The notes below the pieces were generated by a model that saw nothing but the letters and a program-made list of their open reading frames with translations, had not been told where the DNA came from and searched no databases. Positions 55,147 to 64,000 of a DNA stretch of 64,000 bases are shown here, one piece after another. The position numbers and the translations under genes were made by a program. How positions within the stretch are numbered: the stretch's first letter is position 1; every line of letters begins with the position of its first letter. The stretch is from positions 160,001 through 224,000 of the forward strand of contig CAWBCJ010000025.1 in NCBI GenBank assembly GCA_963787255.1, in the 5' to 3' direction. The DNA is from Methanobacteriota archaeon (lineage in GTDB: Archaea > Methanobacteriota > Methanobacteria > Methanobacteriales > Methanobacteriaceae).

Positions 55147-56337
55147 TTAATTAAATAATTTCTCCCACTTATTAATAATTTTGTCTTTATCAAAGTCTTT
55201 AGCTCTCTCTAACCCATTTGAATATTTTTTTCTTAAATCAGGATCTTCTATGATTTTTATCATTAAATTAGAGAGAATTATTTCTGCATTATCCAGTTCT
55301 TTTTCATTTAATGAACTTAATTCTAATTTATCTTCAAATGGCATTGTTAATATGCCATATTCTCCAAAATAAGGATAATCAATCATTTTTTCTATATCCA
55401 GACCTGGAGATAGACATTCTCGAGGGCCTGTTTTACAATCAGTTGATATAATAGGTAAATCTGTGCATAAAGTTTCTATTAAAGTCAAAGGGAACCCTTC
55501 TAACAATGAACTTAAAACAAAACAGTTACTTATTTTTAAGAAAGGAAATACATTTTCCTGGTTCCCCAATAAAAACACATTATTTTCAAGTTCAAGCTTC
55601 TTTATCATTTTAGTTAAGTCTTCTTTTAAGTCACCATCTCCCAAAATGCACAGTTTAGAGTCTTTATATTCATCAACAACTTTTCTAAAACTCCTTATTA
55701 AGTACCACTGGCCTTTTTGAGAATTTAGACGTCCAACATTAATAAAAACAAAACCATCATGAAATATGGATTTATACTTTTCCGGCAGCTTTTCATTAGC
55801 TTTTTCAAGGTTTAAATGCACATCAATCATATTGTATATAGTTAGAAGATTATTTAATGCATATTTTTTCTTTAAAATATTTTTTATGGCCTTTGAAACA
55901 CAAATAACTTTGTTTGCTTTAGGGTATAAAAATTTAATTTTATTATAGTTTATTTTATTGTTTAAATGAACTTCAGGGTCTAAATGATGGGAAATAAATA
56001 TTTTGCTGCGGTTTTTAAAAATGTATTTGCTTAAAATAGCTCTAAAATTTGGAACTTCACCAACTGATAGGATAAGATCAATTTCATTTTCTTTACAAAT
56101 CTTTTTAATCTTATAAGGTGCCATAAAAAAGTCCTTAATTTTAGAAATAATATTTTTGGAACGATTTTCGTCAAAAGTCAAATATCTGCCTTTAAATTCA
56201 TATTTAGGATTATCATCAAATAATGTTAAGTAATATATTTCGTGATTTCTTTTATGGAATTCGCTTCCAAGAAAGGCTGCAAATTTTTCTGCACCCCCAC
56301 CTAATGCTAATGAATCAGATATTATTAAAATTCTCAT
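55147..56337 (-). CDS. GT4 glycosyltransferase
   Basis: GGGAEK, NVGRL..QKG, EGFPLTLIE and DCKTGPRE. Confidence 0.88.
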   Translation of the reverse strand: MRILIISDSLALGGGAEKFAAFLGSEFHKRNHEIYYLTLFDDNPKYEFKGRYLTFDENRSKNIISKIKDFFMAPYKIKKICKENEIDLILSVGEVPNFRAILSKYIFKNRSKIFISHHLDPEVHLNNKINYNKIKFLYPKANKVICVSKAIKNILKKKYALNNLLTIYNMIDVHLNLEKANEKLPEKYKSIFHDGFVFINVGRLNSQKGQWYLIRSFRKVVDEYKDSKLCILGDGDLKEDLTKMIKKLELENNVFLLGNQENVFPFLKISNCFVLSSLLEGFPLTLIETLCTDLPIISTDCKTGPRECLSPGLDIEKMIDYPYFGEYGILTMPFEDKLELSSLNEKELDNAEIILSNLMIKIIEDPDLRKKYSNGLERAKDFDKDKIINKWEKLFN

Positions 56338-56377
56338 TGTTTTTCCCAACCAACTTAGTTTGTGCTCTAAAATCAAA

Positions 56378-57451
56378 CTATAATTTTTTTATTTTCTCCA
56401 AAAACTGTTTGGCTATTAAATCCCACGAAAATTTAGTAGATTGGATTTTTCCAAGTGACTTTAACCTATTTCGAAGTTCATCATCTTTTTCTAAGGCAAC
56501 TAATGCTTCCGATAACTCTTTATCATTGTTAACATCCACGTAATATACTGCATCTCCACATACCTCTGGAATGGAGGTTGCTCTAGTAGTAATAACTGGA
56601 CACTCCATTATCATGGCCTCGAGTGGAGGTAAACCAAATCCTTCATAACTTGAAAGATAAACTAATGCATTTGCACCTTTATATAAACTGCATAATTCTG
56701 ATTCTGAGACATATCCCTTCTCTTCTAGAAATCCCTGTTTAACTCCATTATCAATTAATTCTTTTAAGTAAGGGGAATAGTAGTTTTTATCACCAGTTAT
56801 TATTAGTTTACTTTTAACTTTATTTCCTTTAAATAACTCTTGGAATGTTTCTATCAGCTCTTCAATCCCCTTACGTTTGTCATATCCTCCAACGTATAAA
56901 AAATATCCTGATTCATTTTTTATTTTTTCAGTACCGCAGTTTATTGTTGGACCTACATAAATAACTGAAGGCTCTTCATTCAATTTGAATTCACTCATTA
57001 TATCTTTTTTTGAGTAATTCGAAGAAGTTATTATTATACTAGAGCGATCAATACTATTTTGAATCTTTTTCCTGAAATCCATTTCGTCTTTGGGATTTTT
57101 AAAAAATTCAGGCACTCTAAGAGGTATAATATCATAAATTGTTGTAATTATTTTCTTATTATCCAAAAATCGAGGTACCATCCCATTCCACGGAAAATGA
57201 ATGAGATTTGGCTTGTAGATATTAATATAAATAGGTAATAGTATTTTTCTCCAGAGTTGAAGGGGTAGAAATGAACCAAACTGTACAGATTTAATTCCAG
57301 AGGGTAAATCTGTCATTAGTGGATTTTTATGTAATATTACTACTTCAATATCTGGATCAAGTTTCATAACATGTTTATATAGCTCCAATGTTGCTTTTGC
57401 TATGCCAGTTGCCGGAATTTGAAATACTGAACCTTCAATAAAGATTTTCAT
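56378..57451 (-). CDS. GT4 (MtfB/WbdA-like) glycosyltransferase
   Basis: TGIA, YDIIP, YVGG..RKG, YEGFGLPPLEAM and FSW. Confidence 0.9.
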   Translation of the reverse strand: MKIFIEGSVFQIPATGIAKATLELYKHVMKLDPDIEVVILHKNPLMTDLPSGIKSVQFGSFLPLQLWRKILLPIYINIYKPNLIHFPWNGMVPRFLDNKKIITTIYDIIPLRVPEFFKNPKDEMDFRKKIQNSIDRSSIIITSSNYSKKDIMSEFKLNEEPSVIYVGPTINCGTEKIKNESGYFLYVGGYDKRKGIEELIETFQELFKGNKVKSKLIITGDKNYYSPYLKELIDNGVKQGFLEEKGYVSESELCSLYKGANALVYLSSYEGFGLPPLEAMIMECPVITTRATSIPEVCGDAVYYVDVNNDKELSEALVALEKDDELRNRLKSLGKIQSTKFSWDLIAKQFLEKIKKL

Positions 57452-57463
57452 TATAATTCACCA

Positions 57464-58894
57464 TTATTTACCTAATAAATTTTTTACTAATTTAATATCA
57501 TCATCATCAACAGCTTTAAACAAGTATAATGAGGCAAAATAAACAATTGCAGCAATAATTATGATTAATATTAGATTCATGTCCCTTAAAAACATTATAA
57601 CGGCCGCCATAATTATATTTGCAGCTATAATTGTGGGGAGATACTTTACTAATGATTTTTTATCAGTATAACCGGTTTTAAGTAATATATAAGTCAAAAT
57701 AGGCAATAATGCTAACTCAGTTATTACAATAGCTATGCTGGATCCTATAAGACTGAATTTAGGTATTAAAATTAGATTGGCAACAATATTTATCACAGCG
57801 GCAACCAATACAATCTTTGAAAGTAAAGTCTGTCTATTTATAGCACTAAAAAGATTACCTGAAAGACCATTTATGAAGAGTAGTGGGATAGTCCATATTA
57901 ATATTTGAAGTGCAGATATTGCCGGCAAATATTCGGGCCCATAAATTAATAGGATTATTTTATCAGCAACTAACGTAGTTCCAACAGCTATTGGTAAACT
58001 TATGATCAATAAATATTTAAAAGAGCGTTCATATGAGAATTTAAGGGAGTCTATAGATGTTTTAAAGAATATTGACATCATAGGGAATATGGCAGCCATG
58101 TATACAGTGTACAAAGATAAAAATACAAACATTAGTTTGTAAGCAGCATTATACCACCCTACAACTATGTTACCAATCATTACTGAGAGAAATATTGGGG
58201 CAATCCAGTAATAGATTGACCCAAAAACACTGGTTATTCCAAAAGGTAAAGCCTCTTTCAAGGTAGATTTCCAGAAATCCAGGTCAATATTAATTTTTGG
58301 AAATGAAAACTTCCAGAAATAGACTGCTATGCTGTATATAAGGGTTAATAAGTTTGCGATGAAATAAAGAGCTGCAAAAACATAAATATCTAAATTGAAG
58401 GACACGGCAATATAAACACCTGCAAATAGAAAGATAGAGTTTAAAATATTACCTACAGACATATATTCCATCTGTTCATAGGCCTGAAAAATGGAATTAA
58501 ATATACTTACAAATGCGTTGATTAATATGGAAAACGTTACAAGGTAAATTACAATTGAGACTTCTGGAGAATAGTGAATTATATTCACTGTTAAAAATGT
58601 CAATATAACTGTTAAAACATTTAGAAAGACCTTAATTACTGTTGAGTTAGTAATATATTTCTCTGTTAATGATTTATCTCTTGCAACTTCTCTTATTATT
58701 AAAGTATTTAACCCTAAATCCGTAAAAATAGTATAAATTCCAGTTATAGATAATGCTATTCCCAAAATTCCGAACCCTTCAGCTCCCAGATATCTTGCAG
58801 TGTATATTGTGACTAAAAATCCTAGAAAATAACTGATGATAGTTGCTATAAATAGTACAGAGGCATTCTTTGCTATTCTTCGTGTAATGTTCAT
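57464..58894 (-). CDS. Wzx-type oligosaccharide flippase
   Basis: RIAKN, ARYLGAEGFG, DLGL, VGWYNAA and NLILIP; polytopic. Confidence 0.9.
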   Translation of the reverse strand: MNITRRIAKNASVLFIATIISYFLGFLVTIYTARYLGAEGFGILGIALSITGIYTIFTDLGLNTLIIREVARDKSLTEKYITNSTVIKVFLNVLTVILTFLTVNIIHYSPEVSIVIYLVTFSILINAFVSIFNSIFQAYEQMEYMSVGNILNSIFLFAGVYIAVSFNLDIYVFAALYFIANLLTLIYSIAVYFWKFSFPKINIDLDFWKSTLKEALPFGITSVFGSIYYWIAPIFLSVMIGNIVVGWYNAAYKLMFVFLSLYTVYMAAIFPMMSIFFKTSIDSLKFSYERSFKYLLIISLPIAVGTTLVADKIILLIYGPEYLPAISALQILIWTIPLLFINGLSGNLFSAINRQTLLSKIVLVAAVINIVANLILIPKFSLIGSSIAIVITELALLPILTYILLKTGYTDKKSLVKYLPTIIAANIIMAAVIMFLRDMNLILIIIIAAIVYFASLYLFKAVDDDDIKLVKNLLGK

Positions 58895-58976
58895 CTGTTC
58901 ACCTGATTATGAATATACAATTAATAAAATAAAAAATTAGAAGGAATAATCAAAAAATAGGAAATTTAAACATTAT

Positions 58977-60207
58977 TTAATTTCTATTTTCCTTTTTAAG
59001 AGCATAATTTAGCTGATCATTGATTATGTCTGCTAATTTATACTCTATTTTAGCTCCAATATTTTGAATCTTTTCAGTTTCAGCAAGTAGTATTGGAACT
59101 TCTGCAGGTCTGAATCTATCTGGATTAAATTCTATAGCAACATTTCCCTTATCCGTCTGGACATTTATTCCCTTATCTTTAAGAGTGTACTCTAATTCCC
59201 CTTCCAGTATTTTTTTATCGATTACTGTCTTCTCAAAATTAATTCCATACATTTTTGAGTTATCTAATGAAGTTGGTTCTTTAATAAGTTTTTCTCCATT
59301 AAATGTTTCAATTTGTTTTATGTTCCATCCTGCTTCCTCTAAACCTAATAATATATAACTTAAAACAGAATTGGTTCTCATGGAACCCTGGTTATATACT
59401 TCTCCACATTTACCGTTTTCTGCAAGGATCATATAACCATTTACTATATCTTTTACGTGGGACCAGTCTCTAAAAGCATTAATATTTCCAATACTAATTT
59501 TATTTATTTCTCCGAACTTTAATTTCATAATCTGGTTAATAATTACTGATGTAACGAACATTGGCCCTCTTCCTGCACCTTCATGATTAAAAGCTCGTGA
59601 TACTACTGTATCCAATCCATAAGAATGATAATAATTCCTCATTAAATAATCACCGTAAACTTTTGAAACTGCATATGGTGACATTGGACGTAAGAGGGTT
59701 TGTTTCTTTTATTGGAACCTCGGGGATTTTTTCAGGTTCTGGAAATATAGATCCATATTCTTTTTTAGCTTGATTATAATGTTCATCAGATGCTATAACT
59801 AATCCATATTCTTCACTTGAACCTGCAAATACTATTTTAGAATCAATATCTTTTATTCTTACAGCGTCCAAAAGATTCGCTGTGCCTATACAATTTATCT
59901 GTTGGGTTTCCATCGAATTTTCAAAAGACCGGGGAACGAATGATTGAGCTGCTAAATGAAAAATAAAATCAGGGCTTGATTCATCTAGTGCATTAACTAA
60001 TGATGTTATATCGTTTAAATCTCCATTAAGTAATAGTACTTCACTAAATACCCCCCTATCTACCAAATTTTTAGCTTTAATTCCATCAGATCTTCCTCTA
60101 ACTAATCCATAAATGTTAGCTCCATTGTTTAGCAGTTCTTCTGCTAAATACGATCCAGCAAAACCGGCAATTCCGGTAATTAATACGTTTTTATCTTTCC
60201 AATTCAT
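58977..60207 (-). pseudogene. gmd: GDP-mannose 4,6-dehydratase-like SDR split by a +1 frameshift
   Basis: TGIAGFAGSYL, HLAAQSFV, GSSEEYG, SPYAVSK, FNHEG, RDW and RFRPAEV; removing one base at 59691-59693 restores NPLRPMSPY. Confidence 0.8.
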
Positions 60208-60283
60208 TCAATTTATCTCCATTATACTTTTAAAAAATTATTTTAACTCAATAAAATGATATGTTTAATTAGTTTTAATAATC

Positions 60284-61216
60284 TTAATTATTTTCATTAA
60301 TAAACCATTCAATGGTTTTATGTAAGTCATCATTAAAGTTATCTTCAGGAATATATTCAAGTGATTTGGCTTTAGATATGTCTGCTACAGAATGTCTAAT
60401 ATCTCCTGGACGCTCTTTTGTGTATAAAGGTTCAATATCTTTTCCCATAAGCTCTTTTATTATTCCAAAAAGCTGATTAATGGTAATACTCTTTCCTATA
60501 CCAATATTGAATATTCCAGTCTCTTTGGACTCTGCTGCAAGAATATTAGCGTCAACTATACTTTTTACTGAAACAAAATCTCGGGTTTGTTCTCCATCTC
60601 CATATATTACAGGTCTTTCATTTTTAACCAATTTATCAATGAAATTGGGAATTACAGCAGCATATTGTGAATTTGGATCTTGTCTTGGCCCAAATACGTT
60701 GAAATATCTTAAAGAAACTGTTGGAAGGCCATATATTTCTGAAAATACATTGCAATAAAGTTCTCCCGCAGCCTTTGAAACAGCATAAGGAGAAAGAGGG
60801 TTAATGGAATGGGTTTCGCTAATTGGTAATGATTTAACTTCTCCGTAAACTGCAGATGATGATGAAAACACTACTTTTTTAATTTCAACATTTCGAGCTG
60901 CTTCAAGAACTTTCAATGTTCCTGTAATGTTTACTTCATTGGAGTGCATAGGATCATCAACACTTTCAGGGACGCTTGTCGCTGCTGCAAGGTGAAACAG
61001 ATAATCACAGCCATCAAAAACCTCATCAATATTGATTGAATTTATATCTCCTAATGTAGTGTCAATTCTAGATAAATCAAGATCTTTTATATTATCTATT
61101 TTTCCACTGGATTGATCATCTATGATAATGACATCATTCTCCCTATTTAATCGTTCAACAATATGAGAACCGATAAATCCTAGACCACCTGTTACAACTA
61201 TTTTTTTGTTTTTCAT
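60284..61216 (-). CDS. NAD-dependent nucleotide-sugar 4-epimerase (WbpP/GalE-like SDR)
   Basis: TGGLGFIGSH, SSSAVYG, YAVSK, YFNVFGPRQDP and RPGDIRHS. Confidence 0.9.
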   Translation of the reverse strand: MKNKKIVVTGGLGFIGSHIVERLNRENDVIIIDDQSSGKIDNIKDLDLSRIDTTLGDINSINIDEVFDGCDYLFHLAAATSVPESVDDPMHSNEVNITGTLKVLEAARNVEIKKVVFSSSSAVYGEVKSLPISETHSINPLSPYAVSKAAGELYCNVFSEIYGLPTVSLRYFNVFGPRQDPNSQYAAVIPNFIDKLVKNERPVIYGDGEQTRDFVSVKSIVDANILAAESKETGIFNIGIGKSITINQLFGIIKELMGKDIEPLYTKERPGDIRHSVADISKAKSLEYIPEDNFNDDLHKTIEWFINENN

Positions 61217-61232
61217 ATCCTTCCTCTAATCT

Positions 61233-61658
61233 TCAGTTTACATTTACTATTAAGTAAAGTGAGCGATACACATTTACATTATCAGGTAATTTATACAATA
61301 AAAATTCTAGTTTCTGGTTTTTACCTACTGTTTCTGCTTGAAATGAAAGTGGAATCTCTCTTTTTTCGTTATTTATTAAAGTAATATTTTCGTCTTTAAT
61401 AGTTTTGTTATTAAATTTAACCTGCAAATTGTAGGTGGTTGTTGAATGCTCATGATTTACAACACCAACAGTAACATTACCACTTTGACCATAGGTTAAT
61501 TCAGTAGGATAATTCCCTGCTTTTTGATTAGATCCTAAAATATAAAATTCAGTAAACTTTTCACCTGAATTTGGAACAACTATTATGTAAACAGTTGCTG
61601 CAACTGCAATTATTAGTAAAATTATTAGAAATAAGGATATTTTTTTATCAAAATTCAT
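61233..61658 (-). CDS. DUF1616-family protein
   Basis: EKFTEFYILG...KAGNYP, GVVNHE, KLEFLLYK and YRSL. Confidence 0.82.
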   Translation of the reverse strand: MNFDKKISLFLIILLIIAVAATVYIIVVPNSGEKFTEFYILGSNQKAGNYPTELTYGQSGNVTVGVVNHEHSTTTYNLQVKFNNKTIKDENITLINNEKREIPLSFQAETVGKNQKLEFLLYKLPDNVNVYRSLYLIVNVN

Positions 61659-61904
61659 ATAAACACCATTTGTACTTTAGATAAGATATACTAGCAAATA
61701 TTATTTATTAGTTTTTTAGTGAAAGTCATTGTTATACATTTTTTCACCATTTATTTAATTCATAGTAGAAAGTTTCATAAATCGATTTACATGATTTGAG
61801 TTACACAAAACTTATATAATATCATAAGCTATTTAAGAGACAATAACTTTAAATCTTTTTTTATAGTTTATAAAATTTACAAGAAAAAATCACACAAAGA
61901 TAAA

Positions 61905-64000
61905 ATGTTTTTTAATAATCCTTTTCAAATGAATGACTGGAAGTTTGACCAGTTTATCAAATTAATTATCATAGCACAGTTTTTAATTCTAGCTGTAGCG
62001 GGATTAAATTTAAATGGGTTTAATATCCCTATTATAAGTCAATTAATAGGTTTCATCTATATTACATTTATTCCAGGTTATTTAATTCTCAGAATACTTA
62101 AAATACATCAAATTGGTTCTATTAAATCGTTATTGTACGCTGCAGGATTGAGTACTGCTAGCATCATGTTTATAGGTTTTATTCTGAATATATTAGGATC
62201 ATCAATTGGAATTTCTAAACCAATATCTTTAGTTCCTTTAATTGTCACTATGACATTATATGTTGTTATTTTATCAGTTATAAGCTATTTTAGAGATAAA
62301 GATTTCTCCAATCCGAGTCAGATAAATATTGATATTTTATCTTCACCAATAGTCTTATTTCTTTGTTTAATCCCATTTTTAGCAGTCTTTGGATCTTACT
62401 TTATGACTTTTTATAATAATAATCTAATTTCAATGCTTTTAATTTTATTAATTGCTTTTATAACTCTTTTAACGGTTTTTAATAAAATTCCAGAGAAACT
62501 ATACCCTTTTGCAATATGGATAATTTCCATTTCGCTTTTATATGATAGTTCGTTAGTTTCAACATATATTTGGGGATGGGATATACAAAATGAATTTTTT
62601 CTGGCAAACATGGTAATAAATAATTCTTATTGGAACTTTAATTTTCCAGATTCTTATAATGCAATGCTTAGCGTTGTAATGCTTTCCCCAATTTATTCTA
62701 TTATTACCAATATGGATCTAATCCAAGTCTTTAAGATAATATATCCATTATTATTTTCTTTTGTGCCATTGGGACTATATAAAGTATTTAAATCTCAAAC
62801 TAGCCCTAAAATCGCTTTTTTAGCATGTTTCCTATTTGTATCATTTTACACTTTCTTTATAGAAATGCTTGCATTAGCAAGGGAGATGATTGCAGAAGTA
62901 TTTTTAATATTAATATTACTGGTGATATTCACTGATAAAATAAAGAACAATTCAAGGATTCTATTTATTATCTTTGGCTTTGGATTGGTGGTTTCACATT
63001 ATTCATTAACTTACTTCTCTCTTTTTGCTTTAATCAGTGGTTTTATATTATTGGCTATTTTTTATATTTTTAAATGGTTTATTAAAGTTAATAGCGATGA
63101 TTATTCATTTAAATTTCAAAAATTGCTTAATCCAAGGATCAACATATTCATCGTACTTTTAATTGCAGTGTTTATGTATTTCTGGTACAGTGCAATATCG
63201 ACTGGATTAGCTCTTAAAGGATTAACGGATACAGTAATACTTGTTATTTCAGATATTTCTCAAAATATTGCAGGCTTAGCTGTAACACTAGGGATTTTTA
63301 ATTTTTACCTGTTATTATTAGGGGTGTTTTTGATTTTAATTGTTTCATTATTAGTTGTTTTATGGTTTAGAAAAAATAAAATAAAGGAACATTCTAACTT
63401 TTATGACTTTAATAAATTCATGCATCCAATAATGAAACTTAAAAGAAAGAACCTAATTTTTGCTGTAATTAGTGTAATTATATTGATAACATTTGTGTTT
63501 TTGGTTGGAAAACCACAAACATGGATTGTAGGCGTATTAAGGTATTTAAACTTTGTTGCAGTATTTTTCACCATAGTTGGATTACTTTTAACATTTTTAC
63601 ATATTGTGCAAAACAAATTTAAGAAGGAATATTATGCCCTTTCAATTATAAGCATTTTAGTGCTGCTAACCGGTATTTTTGTGCCAGCATTTGAAAATTC
63701 ATTTAATATAACTAGAATATTCCAAATGACATTTGTATTTTTATCTCCATTTTGTGTTATTGGAGGTATAATACTATTTAAATCAATTTTTAAGGCTTTA
63801 AATATAGACATCGCCAATGAAAGACCTTTAAAAATATTTTCTGTATTCTTAATATTATTCCTGTTGTTTAATGCAGGGTTTTTCAGTGTTTTATCCAACC
63901 AATCAATACCCATGCATTTAAGTAAAGATTCTGATTATTATCCAAGTTTTAATATTCCAGAAACTACTGCTGCTATGTGGTTGCATAATGAATCTACAGG
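61905..64000 (+). CDS. Second DUF2206-like polytopic membrane protein, partial at the window end (not in ORF track)
   Basis: MFFNNPFQMNDW.., FIPG, GLS, WGWDIQNE, VSHYS and TRIFQ; the same frame holds at the window end (ETTAAMWL). Confidence 0.8.
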   Translation, partial: MFFNNPFQMNDWKFDQFIKLIIIAQFLILAVAGLNLNGFNIPIISQLIGFIYITFIPGYLILRILKIHQIGSIKSLLYAAGLSTASIMFIGFILNILGSSIGISKPISLVPLIVTMTLYVVILSVISYFRDKDFSNPSQINIDILSSPIVLFLCLIPFLAVFGSYFMTFYNNNLISMLLILLIAFITLLTVFNKIPEKLYPFAIWIISISLLYDSSLVSTYIWGWDIQNEFFLANMVINNSYWNFNFPDSYNAMLSVVMLSPIYSIITNMDLIQVFKIIYPLLFSFVPLGLYKVFKSQTSPKIAFLACFLFVSFYTFFIEMLALAREMIAEVFLILILLVIFTDKIKNNSRILFIIFGFGLVVSHYSLTYFSLFALISGFILLAIFYIFKWFIKVNSDDYSFKFQKLLNPRINIFIVLLIAVFMYFWYSAISTGLALKGLTDTVILVISDISQNIAGLAVTLGIFNFYLLLLGVFLILIVSLLVVLWFRKNKIKEHSNFYDFNKFMHPIMKLKRKNLIFAVISVIILITFVFLVGKPQTWIVGVLRYLNFVAVFFTIVGLLLTFLHIVQNKFKKEYYALSIISILVLLTGIFVPAFENSFNITRIFQMTFVFLSPFCVIGGIILFKSIFKALNIDIANERPLKIFSVFLILFLLFNAGFFSVLSNQSIPMHLSKDSDYYPSFNIPETTAAMWLHNEST

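Overview
AT-rich chromosomal window from a methanogenic archaeon, most consistent with Methanobacterium (Methanobacteriales). Markers: CfbC, ArfB/ArfC, pantoate kinase, SRP19, Lsm-L37e, BRE/TATA promoters and GGTGA/GGAGG ribosome-binding sites. Three kinds of region alternate. (1) Housekeeping blocks: arfC; GDPD, PHP and pantoate kinase; purC-purS-purQ-cobA-hemD-srp19-RecJ-like-wHTH; glmS; helicase, arfB, PUA; Lsm-rpl37e-toprim-purF-U32; CBS-cfbC; DUF371, tRNA-Leu(GAG), DUF167. (2) Accessory blocks at about 24.9-28.2 kb and 29.5-42.6 kb, holding lipobox proteins, an HD protein, rmlA-C-B without rmlD, and a glutamate-decarboxylase-centred cluster (HdeD-like, HAD, K+ channel, GadB) bracketed by eroded transporter and membrane-gene remnants and followed by trkH. 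(3) A >19 kb surface-glycan locus from galU to the window end (GT2s, GT4s, two DUF2206-like polytopic proteins, a flippase, a Gmd-like dehydratase, an epimerase, DUF1616). I saw no CRISPR array, transposase, integrase or rRNA. Best second-look items: the GadB cluster lacking an antiporter, the structured trkH leader behind a palindromic promoter, two genes that appear to start at ATA, an unannotated 42-aa 7-Cys desulforedoxin-like protein, three unannotated membrane micropeptides, and four single-base +1 frameshifts that are probably sequencing errors. All family calls come from motif recognition by eye, not from database searches.
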